From positions 4,999 to 68,998 of the forward strand of contig CALRDV010000005.1 of NCBI GenBank assembly GCA_943355005.1: DNA of 64,000 nt. Reading direction: 5' to 3'. The position numbers were made by a program, and so were the translations under genes. Positions within the stretch are counted from its first letter, which is position 1. Every line of letters begins with the position of its first letter. This DNA comes from Patescibacteria group bacterium (GTDB lineage Bacteria; Patescibacteriota; Microgenomatia; UBA1400; MFAQ01). Below the pieces are notes generated by a model. It ran no database searches. It saw only the letters and a program-made list of their open reading frames with translations, and was not told where the DNA came from. Positions 23,951-33,384 of this stretch are shown piece by piece.

Positions 23951-25514
23951 ATTTATTCAAAACAAATCTGTTGTCTGGTATTTGGCGATAATCTTGTCAA
24001 TCGTTTCCATCTTTACCTTCAAGCTATATCTAGACAACGGTCTGGGTCTTTCCTACAACGACGCGCGTTCACACTTGGACATTGGTCGTCGTGTGGTAGA
24101 AGGTCTTAAGCCGGGCTTAGCTCAGCTCGGCTCAGTCTGGCTACCGCTAGACCACGTCCTCATGATTCCGTTAGTTTGGAATGACTGGGCTTGGCACAGT
24201 GGTTTTGCTGGGGCGTTTTGGAACATGCTTTCTTACGTCGGTATTGGAGTCCTAATTTACAAATATTTAGAGAAGTTAAAAGTTGGTATGGTCGGCAGAC
24301 TGTTCGGAGTATTTGTCTTTGCCAGCAATCTCAATATTTTGTATCTTCAGTCTACCGCCATGACAGAACCTCTTCTTTTGTTCACCATGCTGGCAGGCTG
24401 TTACTACCTCATGATTTGGATGACGGAGGATAGATTGCTGGATCTAATCAAAGCTTCTTTCTGGGTCATGATGTCCACACTGGTACGTTACGATGGCTGG
24501 TTCCTTTTGGCCGTAGTTGCTGGTCTGGTCGCGCTCAGAACTTGGTACAAAAAGGGTTACAAAACTGCCGAAGGTACCCTCATTTTATTCTGTACTGTCG
24601 CCGCTTTTGGTGTTGTATTGTGGTTTGGTTGGAATCTTTTGATTTTCAAAGACCCTCTCTACTTTGCCTTCGGTCCTTACTCCGCCCACGCCCAGCAAGA
24701 GCAAATGCTCGCTGCGGGCGCTTTACCTACCAAAGGCAACGCCGTGCTATCTCTACAGACATATTTGTACTCCATGATCTACAACTCTATTGCCACCGTT
24801 GCTTTCTTGGGTATCATTGCCACATTTGTGCTCTGGTTTGATAAAAAGCTTGATGGGGCAGCCCGTCTTGCCTCCTCGGCTCTCTGGGCACCCTTTGGTT
24901 TCAATATCATCGCCCTCATCTTCGGCTTCTCGGTTATTTTTATTCAAGGAATTTCCGGCAATACCTGGTTCAATGTCCGCTACGGCGTCATGCTCATGCC
25001 GACGCTTGCCATCTTTATTGGGTACTTTGTACATCGTTTCAAAGATTTTCGCTGGGTCATCATTGGACTATTTATGTTTGTTTCCTTCATAGCTTTTACC
25101 AGTAACGACTCTGTCAGTATCGACGATGCTCGTGTTGGAAGCAGTCAGAAAAATGTTTCCGAAGTATCAGGTTGGCTAGAGAAGAATGCCAAAGACAAGC
25201 CGGGTTTCATTATGATTTCTGCTGCCAGCCACGACGCTATTATTTTCTCCAGTAATCTGCCAATGAAGAAGTTTATTCACGAAGGTACTGGTGCATATTG
25301 GGAAAGTGCCGCTATTGCTCCGGACCGCTGGGCCAGATGGATCGTCATGAGAACCCACGATGTGAACGACTCTACCTTTAAGTTTGTCGGTGTCGCTCCG
25401 GGATTTACCAAGTATGATTTAGTAGACAGCTATCCTTTTGCTGATATTTATCAGCTGAGAGATGAATATCTGCCGGATCTAAACACCACCCCCGTCTATG
25501 GCCGTCAAAAATAA
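23943..25514 (+). CDS. Polytopic membrane protein, GT-C-like, with a C-terminal periplasmic domain
   Basis: The N-terminal half has about 11 TM helices and the C-terminal roughly 150 aa is soluble. This architecture is typical of ArnT/PMT/AftD-like GT-C enzymes. Confidence 0.45.
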   Translation: MIKFIQNKSVVWYLAIILSIVSIFTFKLYLDNGLGLSYNDARSHLDIGRRVVEGLKPGLAQLGSVWLPLDHVLMIPLVWNDWAWHSGFAGAFWNMLSYVGIGVLIYKYLEKLKVGMVGRLFGVFVFASNLNILYLQSTAMTEPLLLFTMLAGCYYLMIWMTEDRLLDLIKASFWVMMSTLVRYDGWFLLAVVAGLVALRTWYKKGYKTAEGTLILFCTVAAFGVVLWFGWNLLIFKDPLYFAFGPYSAHAQQEQMLAAGALPTKGNAVLSLQTYLYSMIYNSIATVAFLGIIATFVLWFDKKLDGAARLASSALWAPFGFNIIALIFGFSVIFIQGISGNTWFNVRYGVMLMPTLAIFIGYFVHRFKDFRWVIIGLFMFVSFIAFTSNDSVSIDDARVGSSQKNVSEVSGWLEKNAKDKPGFIMISAASHDAIIFSSNLPMKKFIHEGTGAYWESAAIAPDRWARWIVMRTHDVNDSTFKFVGVAPGFTKYDLVDSYPFADIYQLRDEYLPDLNTTPVYGRQK

Positions 25515-26724
25515 AATCATCTTAGTCCTATTCATTTTTGCAATTTTAATCGTTGCTAGATTTTTTCAACTCTCCTTGGTTGGTGGTTCGGCTACCCCCA
25601 AACAATTTTGGTCTATCCGCTCCATCGATGTGATGAAATATAGCCGTGACTTGGCCAGGGAAAAATTAATGGATCCAAAGTTCGATGTCACCATCGAAAA
25701 TCAAATTAGCGCCATTGCTTCCACCGGCGCAAGTCATGTGGCTCTCGGAGTTCCTTACGATCATGAATTTTTACCCATTATGCGCCGCTGGGTCACTGCT
25801 ATCCGCCGGCACAATATGAAGGTATGGTTCCGTGGCAATCTCTCCGGTTGGGAAGGTTGGTTCGAATACAAAAAGATCGATCAAGAAACTCATACCGCTT
25901 GGATCAAAGACTTTATTCTCAAGAATCAAGATCTTTTTGAAGACGGCGATTTATTTTCCTCCTGTCCGGAGTGCGAGAATGGCGGAGAAGGGGACCCCCG
26001 CCAAACCGGCAAGGTCGAGCAGTATCGTCAGTTCTTAGTAAACGAAACAGACGCTGTCCGTTTTGCTATGCGCAAGATCGGTAGAGATATTCCGGAGAAC
26101 CTTCACTCCATGAACGGGGATGTAGCTAGATTAATCATGGACAAAGAAACCACCAAGAGATTGGGTGGAAATGTGGTCATCGATCATTATGTCGCCACTC
26201 CGGAAAAATTAATTTCCGATATCAGAGAAATGGCTCGGTCCTCAGGTGGCAATATTATTCTTGGCGAATTCGGTGCCCCCATTCCGGATATTCATGGCAA
26301 CATGGACGAAGCTCAGCAATCCAAGTGGGTCGAGTCTGCTCTCCGAGCCATGAGTCAGGAACCTCTGGTGGTCGGTGTCAATTACTGGACTAGCTTCGGA
26401 GGCAGTACCAAGCTCTGGAACGACGACGGAACAGCAAGGCAGGCTGTCGAGGGTGTCTCCAAATACTTCACCCCACCTCAAGCAGCCTCAAAGGTGGTTA
26501 CCTGGTTTGGCCTGCCTGTAGCCGACGCTCAGGTCTATCTGGGTACATATAGTAGTAGTACCTCAGCGGGTGGCTCATTTAGCCTCCCCAGTGTCTCTCA
26601 ATCGACCTTGGAAGTCTCCAAACCTGGCTTTGTAACCTACAAATTCCCCGTAACTTCGACCCAGAAGATTTATCTAGAGCCTACTTCTTTGTTTACCTTC
26701 CTCAAATTCTTCATTTTTTCGTAA
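25498..26724 (+). CDS. Membrane-anchored glycoside-hydrolase-like protein (clan GH-A TIM-barrel, GH5-like)
   Basis: It has an N-terminal TM anchor. NIILGEFGAP resembles the GH5 nucleophile motif (I-x-x-E-F-G), and NLSGWEGWFE may be the acid/base region. Confidence 0.4.
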   Translation: MAVKNKIILVLFIFAILIVARFFQLSLVGGSATPKQFWSIRSIDVMKYSRDLAREKLMDPKFDVTIENQISAIASTGASHVALGVPYDHEFLPIMRRWVTAIRRHNMKVWFRGNLSGWEGWFEYKKIDQETHTAWIKDFILKNQDLFEDGDLFSSCPECENGGEGDPRQTGKVEQYRQFLVNETDAVRFAMRKIGRDIPENLHSMNGDVARLIMDKETTKRLGGNVVIDHYVATPEKLISDIREMARSSGGNIILGEFGAPIPDIHGNMDEAQQSKWVESALRAMSQEPLVVGVNYWTSFGGSTKLWNDDGTARQAVEGVSKYFTPPQAASKVVTWFGLPVADAQVYLGTYSSSTSAGGSFSLPSVSQSTLEVSKPGFVTYKFPVTSTQKIYLEPTSLFTFLKFFIFS

Positions 26725-26795
26725 TAGGGTTATCCACATCCATAGTATTGAATAATTGGCGGTAAAAGCGTAAAATTGGCACATTCAATAATTGA

Positions 26796-27419
26796 ATGAC
26801 CAAAATGACCACAAAACAAATTGTTAGTATTGTTACCACCTTCGTTTTTACTGCGATAGTTTTAGTCAGTCCCATAACAGCCAAAGCCCAACTCTCTTAC
26901 CCCAATTTTCCCAGCTGTCTGAATCCGAGCGGCACTGTAAAGGTTATCAATGACTCAGGTTCTCACGGAGTTCCCGGAGATACTAGTAATTACACCGGCA
27001 AAGATATTGTTTATACAAATTCGGATGGCAATTACACCCAGTGTCTCTGTACTTCCAATGGAGATGGTATTCAGACCAATTGGTGGAAGACCGGCTCCAT
27101 TACCGAAGAAGAAACAAATACTCTAAAAGCTGACGGCTGGCTCTATATTCCCGATGGTAGTCTTTGGGGATTAGAGAAAGACTCCTACATGGCCAAGAAT
27201 TCCAAATATGCTTGTACTTCCAATACCGAATCCGGTGGTGGCTCTAGTAATAACAGTTCAAGTAATAGTTCTTCATCCAATGGTTCTGTCCAAGGCACTT
27301 CTACTACCCGCTTTGGTCAAGTCCTGGGACTAGCCACTACAGGAACACTTCCTGCTGTCATTGGCTATATTACTCTCGGCGCCATCGCTCTGATCATCTC
27401 CCGAAGATTAACTAAATAA
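26796..27419 (+). CDS. Secreted surface protein with a C-terminal LAxTG-type sorting signal
   Basis: It has a signal peptide and an S/N-rich stalk (GGGSSNNSSSNSSSSNGS). The C-terminus reads LATTG, then TLPAVIGYITLGAIALII (hydrophobic), then SRRLTK (a positively charged tail). Confidence 0.55.
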   Translation: MTKMTTKQIVSIVTTFVFTAIVLVSPITAKAQLSYPNFPSCLNPSGTVKVINDSGSHGVPGDTSNYTGKDIVYTNSDGNYTQCLCTSNGDGIQTNWWKTGSITEEETNTLKADGWLYIPDGSLWGLEKDSYMAKNSKYACTSNTESGGGSSNNSSSNSSSSNGSVQGTSTTRFGQVLGLATTGTLPAVIGYITLGAIALIISRRLTK

Positions 27420-27428
27420 TAAACACTT

Positions 27429-27461
27429 TGTCATTGCGAGTGTACTCACGTGGCAATCTAG
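27429..27461 (+). repeat. Palindromic repeat, type 2 (TGTCATTGCGAGTGTACTCACGTGGCAATCTAG), intergenic
   Basis: It has the same termini as the other type 2 copies. Confidence 0.8.
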
Positions 27462-27464
27462 ATT

Positions 27465-27995
27465 ATGTTTAAAAAATTCCTCTCTGCTCTATTTTTTATC
27501 TCCGGGATATTCTTGATCTCTCTCGGTTTTGTGGATTTGGCCAAAAGACAAGGAATCATTACCCCGGAGGAAGTCATACCATCACCTTCGTTGGCTACCG
27601 AAGAGCCTCTCTTGATTTTTCTTCCCAAAGTCGGCATCAAACTCCCAATCTATCCGACGGAAATAAAAGACCGGAAATGGCCAACCACCGAAAGCGGTGT
27701 GTCATATATCAAAGATTCAGGTAGGCTCGGTGTTTCAGGTAATCTAGTGATGTACGGCCACAACTGGAAAAACCTTCTAGGCAGTCTCAAGAATTCCAAA
27801 GTTGGCGATACTCTGGACATTTTCTCCAATCAAAACAAAAATCATTCGTACGTCATCAAGTACGTCGCCACAGTAGACGCCAAAGACGTCAGTATTCTCG
27901 CCGATACCTCATCTGAAAGAATCACTCTCTACACCTGTACCGGGCTCCTAGACTCACAGCGCTTCGTCGTCGTCGCCGAAAGAATCAAAAGCTAA
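27465..27995 (+). CDS. Sortase (class E-like transpeptidase)
   Basis: It has an N-terminal TM anchor, NLVMYGHNW (catalytic His), ITLYTCTG (TLxTC catalytic Cys) and RFVVVAERI (conserved Arg). Confidence 0.7.
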   Translation: MFKKFLSALFFISGIFLISLGFVDLAKRQGIITPEEVIPSPSLATEEPLLIFLPKVGIKLPIYPTEIKDRKWPTTESGVSYIKDSGRLGVSGNLVMYGHNWKNLLGSLKNSKVGDTLDIFSNQNKNHSYVIKYVATVDAKDVSILADTSSERITLYTCTGLLDSQRFVVVAERIKS

Positions 27996-28023
27996 ACGTT
28001 TTTCCCCGCGCTATACTTATCTC

Positions 28024-28608
28024 ATGAACAAACTTTTAGGTCTAAGTCTGCTCGTCATTCTCATTGTTACTTTAGCAAAGCAATTCACTCCAGCTTTTCA
28101 GCAGGAAGTGGGTTACAAGATGAAGAAGGTTGAAACATTTTCAAAGACCGAGATTCGAGCCATTACCCCCGTAGATACCGATTTTGGAATTGTCATTCCC
28201 AAAATCGACGCCAACTCCGCGATCGTCAAAGATGTCGATCCTTACGATGAGCTTGCTTACACTCAAGCCTTTACTGCGGGTATCGCCCATGTCAAAGGCT
28301 CTGTGATGCCGGGCCAAAAGGGCAATATTTTTCTCTTCGCCCAGAACTCAGCCGATTCTTTTAAGTCTTCCAAATTTAATCAAACATTTTATCTCCTAAA
28401 CAAAATGGAAGCAGGGGATGAGATCTATCTATACTACGGCAGGAAAAAATATGTCTACATCGTGACGGACAAGAAAATTGTTGCCAGAAGCACCGTCGAG
28501 TATCTTTCGGATGATAAGTCGGCCGAAACCATTACCCTGATGACCACCTACCCGCCTGCCACTTCCCTGATGCGGGTCCTCGTCCACGCCACCCTTCAGA
28601 AGATTTAG
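28024..28608 (+). CDS. Sortase-fold paralogue, probably catalytically inactive
   Basis: It is homologous in length and layout to the upstream sortase, but the TLxTC box reads ITLMTTYPP (no Cys) and the His box reads NIFLFAQNS (no His). Confidence 0.45.
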   Translation: MNKLLGLSLLVILIVTLAKQFTPAFQQEVGYKMKKVETFSKTEIRAITPVDTDFGIVIPKIDANSAIVKDVDPYDELAYTQAFTAGIAHVKGSVMPGQKGNIFLFAQNSADSFKSSKFNQTFYLLNKMEAGDEIYLYYGRKKYVYIVTDKKIVARSTVEYLSDDKSAETITLMTTYPPATSLMRVLVHATLQKI

Positions 28609-29165
28609 AATACCCCGGTAAACGCTTTCCAGTCGGTAATGATGGTCAATACTATGTACGCAATAACACCTGGAGTCACCACTAAGCTCTCAAACCACTC
28701 TCCTGTTTTGATTCTCCATGACTTTGTCGGTGGTAGTCCAAATTTATATTTCAGAGGATAGAGTAGGGGAAGACCCTCCTCCGTCACACCGTCGGCGCAA
28801 AGGTGAGAGATATACCCAATCATCAAGGATATCGACACAATCTGAAAATTAATAAATGTGCCATTGAAAATTATGGGTAGTAGCCAATAAACTATTTTGT
28901 CTACAAGAAAGATACCAAGTAATGAGTGAGTCAGCCCGCGGTGAGATAAAAAAAGTTCATTGAATATTTTTCCCACAGACCTACCAAATGGGAGCATGCC
29001 CCACAATCTATTCGTAGCCTGATCTAAGTCGGGCAGTAGCCCTCCCGCCGTATTGGCGACGAGCGCCGTCATAATTGTAGCCAGCCCCAGGTTTGTTTGA
29101 GGGTAATAAACATTCGCCGTCAGCAGCCCGGCAAAGGCTATCATGTTGTGAGTTCTTCCCAGCAT
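28605..29165 (-). CDS. Membrane-bound metal-dependent hydrolase (DUF457/YdjM-like)
   Basis: This is one of only three real minus-strand genes. It has four or five TM helices and His-containing motifs (GRTHNM, GLTHSLLG, HLCADG) typical of this family. Confidence 0.55.
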   Translation of the reverse strand: MLGRTHNMIAFAGLLTANVYYPQTNLGLATIMTALVANTAGGLLPDLDQATNRLWGMLPFGRSVGKIFNELFLSHRGLTHSLLGIFLVDKIVYWLLPIIFNGTFINFQIVSISLMIGYISHLCADGVTEEGLPLLYPLKYKFGLPPTKSWRIKTGEWFESLVVTPGVIAYIVLTIITDWKAFTGVF

Positions 29166-29201
29166 TTATTCAGTATATCTAAAAATAGATATAATCGGAC
29201 T

Positions 29202-29507
29202 ATGGTCAGTCTAAAAAAACTTCAAAAACAAATCTACGCAAACAAAATTGAGAAAGGTTTCAACACCACCGATATCTATAAAGAATTTTGTCTTATCCAC
29301 GAAGAAGTTTCTGAGGCTTGCCGGGCTCACTACAAAAAAGAATATACAGTCGGAGAAGAATTAGCAGATGTTGCCATCTATTTACTCGGTCTATCGGAAA
29401 TATTAAATATCAATCTCGAAAAAGAAATCCTCAGAAAGGTTGCTAAAAACAAAAAGCGCGAATACAAAAGAGTGAATGGAGTGATGCGAAGAATTAAGGA
29501 CGCTTAG
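29202..29507 (+). CDS. MazG-like nucleotide pyrophosphohydrolase (small all-alpha NTP-PPase)
   Basis: EELADVAIYLLGLSEILNINLEKEI matches the MazG EExxD/metal-binding helix. The start was chosen at MVSLKK because the longer ORF beginning at 29097 overlaps the antisense gene. Confidence 0.55.
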   Translation: MVSLKKLQKQIYANKIEKGFNTTDIYKEFCLIHEEVSEACRAHYKKEYTVGEELADVAIYLLGLSEILNINLEKEILRKVAKNKKREYKRVNGVMRRIKDA

Positions 29508-29547
29508 CCCTCAGAAGATATCCGTATGTGACATAATTAAAAGAGTT

Positions 29548-32223
29548 ATGCCCTCCGGCCAGAGATTTTCTCATCAAAAACTATTTTTAATTCGATTTCT
29601 TTTGATTGCTGGCTTTATTGGCAACGGTATCTATCTTTGGTGGCGGATGAATCCTTTATTTTGGAATAATTCTTTTCTTTCGATACTTCTTTTGGTTGCC
29701 GAATTGGTTTTTTTTGCAAACATGGTTATTCATCTTCCTGTGTTGTGGTTCCGGAAGCCCACACCTATTCCTTTAAGTCCGCCGGTAGGCCCGATAAAAA
29801 TTGCTTTAGTCATTCCTACCTACAATGAATCCATTAAGCTTCTATCCAATACTTTAAAGCACTGTCTAAATTTAGATATTCCTCCAAACATTAAACTTAA
29901 GGTTGTTGTCTTGGATGATGGACAGCGTCCGTGGCTGAAAGAATTTGTCTCCAAAGAAGGCCGTTCCGGCGGACGCACGAAGCTAGAATATGTCTCTCGC
30001 AGTATCAGGAATGGGTTTAAAGCAGGCAACATAAATCATTATTTGGAAGAATATTGCAAAGAGGATTGGCTCCTGGTTCTGGATGCAGACTTCGTTCCAA
30101 GACGTGACATTCTCTCCAAATTTTATCCTTATCTCGGGACAAGTAGTTTAGGCTTTGTCCAAGCCCCCCAAAGCTTTGACAATATCCCATTTACTGACCC
30201 CTTTGGCCAAGACCCCGACCTCTGGTTCTCGATATTGGAGGTAGGTAGAGAAGGTCAAGACTCTCTTATCTGCTGTGGCACTCCTACCATTTTTTCTGTC
30301 CCGGCTCTGCGCAAGATTCACGGCATGCAGTTAGGAGTGACGGAAGACTTCATTACGGGGGTTACTATGCAATCATACGGATATCGATCGGCATACATTC
30401 ACGAAACAATAGCTATTGGCAAATCAAGTACCGACATGGCAGATGTTACCAATAAAGCCGAAAGATACGCTTCCGGAGCATTTGAATTTGTTTTCGAGCG
30501 AAAAAAATGGCGTCTAGGACAAAAGCTAAGTTTTTGGCAAAAATTTATTCACTTTACCTACCCATTATCTTTTCTGGCCCCTCTTTTTACTCCAATTCTG
30601 ATTATGATGCCAATTATCTCTCTGATGACCGGAATAAGTCCTTTTGTCATCGATCAAAGCAGTAGACCTTATCTGGTAATTCAGCTACTTTCGCTTCTAA
30701 GTTTAGAGGTGATATTTTTCTCTTTGGTTGGCACCAAAGCCTGGCGTGCTTGGCAATTTTATTGGGGCATGTTTCCGGCTAGTTTTACCGCCGTTTTTAG
30801 GACATTATTTGGGCGGGCGATCTTTAAAGTCAGTGAAAAGGGAGATAGCAATCAGGTCTCCGGTCTGACTCAATTAAGATTTGTAATATGGCAATTGTTT
30901 TTCTTTCTGCTTGGGTTGGTCGCTCTGGCTCAATCCTTATTGTTGTTTGTAAGGGGAGAGTTAAATATTTCTCTTTATCCTGCAGTCGGATGGCTGATAC
31001 TAAACTCTGCACTTCTATCCGGTGTTATTAGTCCGCCGTTCCGCAAAATCGTTCTGGAATTTAAGTCCATCACGATAACCAAAAAAGTCTTAATTTTTGC
31101 ACCTCTATTGGCAACGTTTTTTATGATTGTATATCTTGGAAATGTCGTGAGAGATAAGTTCGTAACACCGAGCGACAGAATCCAAGATGAGGAAGTTGTC
31201 GGAAATGTTTCCAAAAATGCAGACCGGTTCGCTGTCTCACTTGATAGAGTAAATGCCAAGCTAAGCAAAACCGGAGAAAATAATTTTCAAAAATTATTAT
31301 TCTTTATTGGCTGGGACGAAAACACAGAGGAGTCAGGTATTGCACAGTTCAAAAGCGAAGTCGAACCGGTCCTAGATCTCGCATACAGTCGTCATATGAC
31401 TCCTATCATTACTTGGGAGCCAAAATTTACGGATTCAGCCAAAAGTCTTTCTTTGACGGATATTGTTTCCGGTGATAGTGATAGATATTTGAGGGGATGG
31501 AGAAGTGAATTGCAGAAATGGTTTGACACACATAAAGGATATGAAGTAAGGATTCGCTTTATGCATGAAATGAATGCGCCTATTGCAGAATATCCTTGGA
31601 GTCATTTAGCCCCTGCGGACTATAAAGCAATACATGAACATGTTTATTCCGAGATTGGTCAAGTCGAAGGTAATTTGAAGTGGATGTTAGTCTTCCAAAA
31701 TTTGACTTCGGATGCCAACTGGCAAAACAAGCGTGCCTCCGATTATGAAAAATACGTTCCAAATATTCCTTTTGAGTACATTGGAATAGATGGATACAGC
31801 CGTCCTTTTAAGAAAGGAATCGACGGCCCTCCCGGAGGTGAAGTCACTCCTCAACAAGTACTTCCCGAGGCATTTTTCCGGATCATGCACGAGAAGTTCC
31901 CGAAGGCTCAGCTGGTGATAAGTGAAACCTCTGTGCCGTATTTATCCAAGACCGACGAAGCTGTACCGTATCCGACAGGAAAGACATCTTTCAAGATGAC
32001 GGACACGGAAAGATCTGAATGGATTAAAGATTTGCAACAATACACCATTAAACTTGGGCAAAAATACGGACTATCGGAAGTTACTTGGTTTGATGGTAAT
32101 ACAGATTATCACTGGTCACTCATTGCTCCGGAAGATAAGCTAACTATCGCCTCATTTGGAAAAATGATTTCAGCATTACAGGCCAGTGGAATTGCTGTTG
32201 GGATTTATCCGGGGGGAAAATGA
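29548..32223 (+). CDS. Fusion protein: an N-terminal processive GT2 (cellulose-synthase-like) membrane synthase and a C-terminal GH26-like glycoside hydrolase domain
   Basis: The GT2 motifs are IALVIPTYNES, VVVLDDGQ (DDG), LVLDADFVP (DxD), VTEDFITG (TED) and AERYASGAFE (a degenerate QxxRW). Six or more TM helices follow. The C-terminal domain has ITWEPKF, IRFMHEMNAPIAEYPW (the GH26 R-x-x-HEMN acid/base box) and LVISETSV (the nucleophile region). Confidence 0.7.
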   Translation: MPSGQRFSHQKLFLIRFLLIAGFIGNGIYLWWRMNPLFWNNSFLSILLLVAELVFFANMVIHLPVLWFRKPTPIPLSPPVGPIKIALVIPTYNESIKLLSNTLKHCLNLDIPPNIKLKVVVLDDGQRPWLKEFVSKEGRSGGRTKLEYVSRSIRNGFKAGNINHYLEEYCKEDWLLVLDADFVPRRDILSKFYPYLGTSSLGFVQAPQSFDNIPFTDPFGQDPDLWFSILEVGREGQDSLICCGTPTIFSVPALRKIHGMQLGVTEDFITGVTMQSYGYRSAYIHETIAIGKSSTDMADVTNKAERYASGAFEFVFERKKWRLGQKLSFWQKFIHFTYPLSFLAPLFTPILIMMPIISLMTGISPFVIDQSSRPYLVIQLLSLLSLEVIFFSLVGTKAWRAWQFYWGMFPASFTAVFRTLFGRAIFKVSEKGDSNQVSGLTQLRFVIWQLFFFLLGLVALAQSLLLFVRGELNISLYPAVGWLILNSALLSGVISPPFRKIVLEFKSITITKKVLIFAPLLATFFMIVYLGNVVRDKFVTPSDRIQDEEVVGNVSKNADRFAVSLDRVNAKLSKTGENNFQKLLFFIGWDENTEESGIAQFKSEVEPVLDLAYSRHMTPIITWEPKFTDSAKSLSLTDIVSGDSDRYLRGWRSELQKWFDTHKGYEVRIRFMHEMNAPIAEYPWSHLAPADYKAIHEHVYSEIGQVEGNLKWMLVFQNLTSDANWQNKRASDYEKYVPNIPFEYIGIDGYSRPFKKGIDGPPGGEVTPQQVLPEAFFRIMHEKFPKAQLVISETSVPYLSKTDEAVPYPTGKTSFKMTDTERSEWIKDLQQYTIKLGQKYGLSEVTWFDGNTDYHWSLIAPEDKLTIASFGKMISALQASGIAVGIYPGGK

Positions 32224-32242
32224 TATACAATTTGCGCAGGAC

Positions 32243-33379
32243 ATGACAAACATAAATCAAAATATTCAAAAATTCATCCCGGTATTTTTGGTTGGGATTG
32301 GATTAATTTTGGTCTTTGCGGTTGCAATGTATTCTAGATATAACAATCAAGACCCAAGGTCTTTAGGATACAGTGGGAAACCTGTTCCGGTTGAGGTGTC
32401 ATTTCCGGATATTACCGAGAGTACGCCGTCTTCCACCCCTTCACCACAAATCACCAAGAAAATGCCGCTCTATTTGGGATTTTCTTTTGAGCCGTTTGAT
32501 GATCAGCACATTGCAGATATGTCAAAGATGGTTGGAGATAATCAAACCATAGCCAACACTTATTTACAGTGGGGGAATCCGGGCAATTCACGTTTTACTC
32601 CTGAGTTATTTCAAGTTTTTACACGGCGAAATATGACCCCTATGATTACCTGGGAACCTTGGGTACCGGGTGCCGGTGTCAATCAGTCTGAATATTCACT
32701 TGCTGTGATATCCGGAGGGAAATACGATGATTACATTCGTCAGTCTGCCAATGAAATAAAGAAGTATGGCCGACCCGTTTTTATCAGGTTCGCTCATGAG
32801 ATGAATGGTGATTGGTACCCTTGGTCCGGTACTGTAAACGGTAATACTCCTTCTCAGTATGTAGCTACTTGGAAACACGTCGTAGATATTTTCAAATCGG
32901 AAAATGTTAGCAATGTCACCTGGGTCTGGTGTCCCAATGCCGGTAGTTACCCTGCCGTTCCTGCAAACGATTTATCCAGATATTATCCCGGCGATGCGTA
33001 TACGGACTGGGTGGGTTTAGATGGTTACAACTGGGGAGAGTATCAGGGAAGTCAGGGATGGAATAGCTTCGACAAGATATTCGGCACTTCATTCACCAAA
33101 ATGTCCAAGATTACCTCTAAGTCGTTAATGATTGCTGAAGTTGGTTCAAATGAACTTGGTGGTAAGAAAAGCGACTGGATGAAGGAATTTTTATCTCCGA
33201 ACTTAACTCAAAAGTATCCCCAATTGGGCGCCATAATTTATTTCAATTTAAAGAAGGAAGTGGATTGGCGTATCCAATCGTCACCCGAATCGCTCAAAGC
33301 CTTTGTTGAGTCTCTTGGTCGACAAACCATTGCAAAACAAGTAAGTACCTCCAATCAAAAGATTATTCAGTCAAAGTAA
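32243..33379 (+). CDS. Membrane-anchored GH26-like glycoside hydrolase (beta-mannanase family)
   Basis: It has an N-terminal TM helix, MITWEPW, FIRFAHEMNGDWYPW and MIAEVGS. It is paralogous to the C-terminus of the upstream fusion protein. Confidence 0.65.
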   Translation: MTNINQNIQKFIPVFLVGIGLILVFAVAMYSRYNNQDPRSLGYSGKPVPVEVSFPDITESTPSSTPSPQITKKMPLYLGFSFEPFDDQHIADMSKMVGDNQTIANTYLQWGNPGNSRFTPELFQVFTRRNMTPMITWEPWVPGAGVNQSEYSLAVISGGKYDDYIRQSANEIKKYGRPVFIRFAHEMNGDWYPWSGTVNGNTPSQYVATWKHVVDIFKSENVSNVTWVWCPNAGSYPAVPANDLSRYYPGDAYTDWVGLDGYNWGEYQGSQGWNSFDKIFGTSFTKMSKITSKSLMIAEVGSNELGGKKSDWMKEFLSPNLTQKYPQLGAIIYFNLKKEVDWRIQSSPESLKAFVESLGRQTIAKQVSTSNQKIIQSK

Positions 33380-33384
33380 TCAGG

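Noticed and set aside
24191-25092. Several 60-100-aa ORFs in alternative frames (24191, 24542, 24790 on the plus strand; 24753 on the minus strand)
   Set aside because: All are nested within the 523-aa membrane protein gene 23943-25514. They have Arg/Cys/His-rich low-complexity translations typical of off-frame reads of a GC-richer membrane gene.
26760-26790. The inverted repeat CATTCAATAATTGAATG just upstream of the LAxTG-protein gene, as a possible operator
   Set aside because: It is short and AT-rich in an AT-rich spacer, so it could arise by chance. I noted it but there is not enough evidence to call it a regulatory site.
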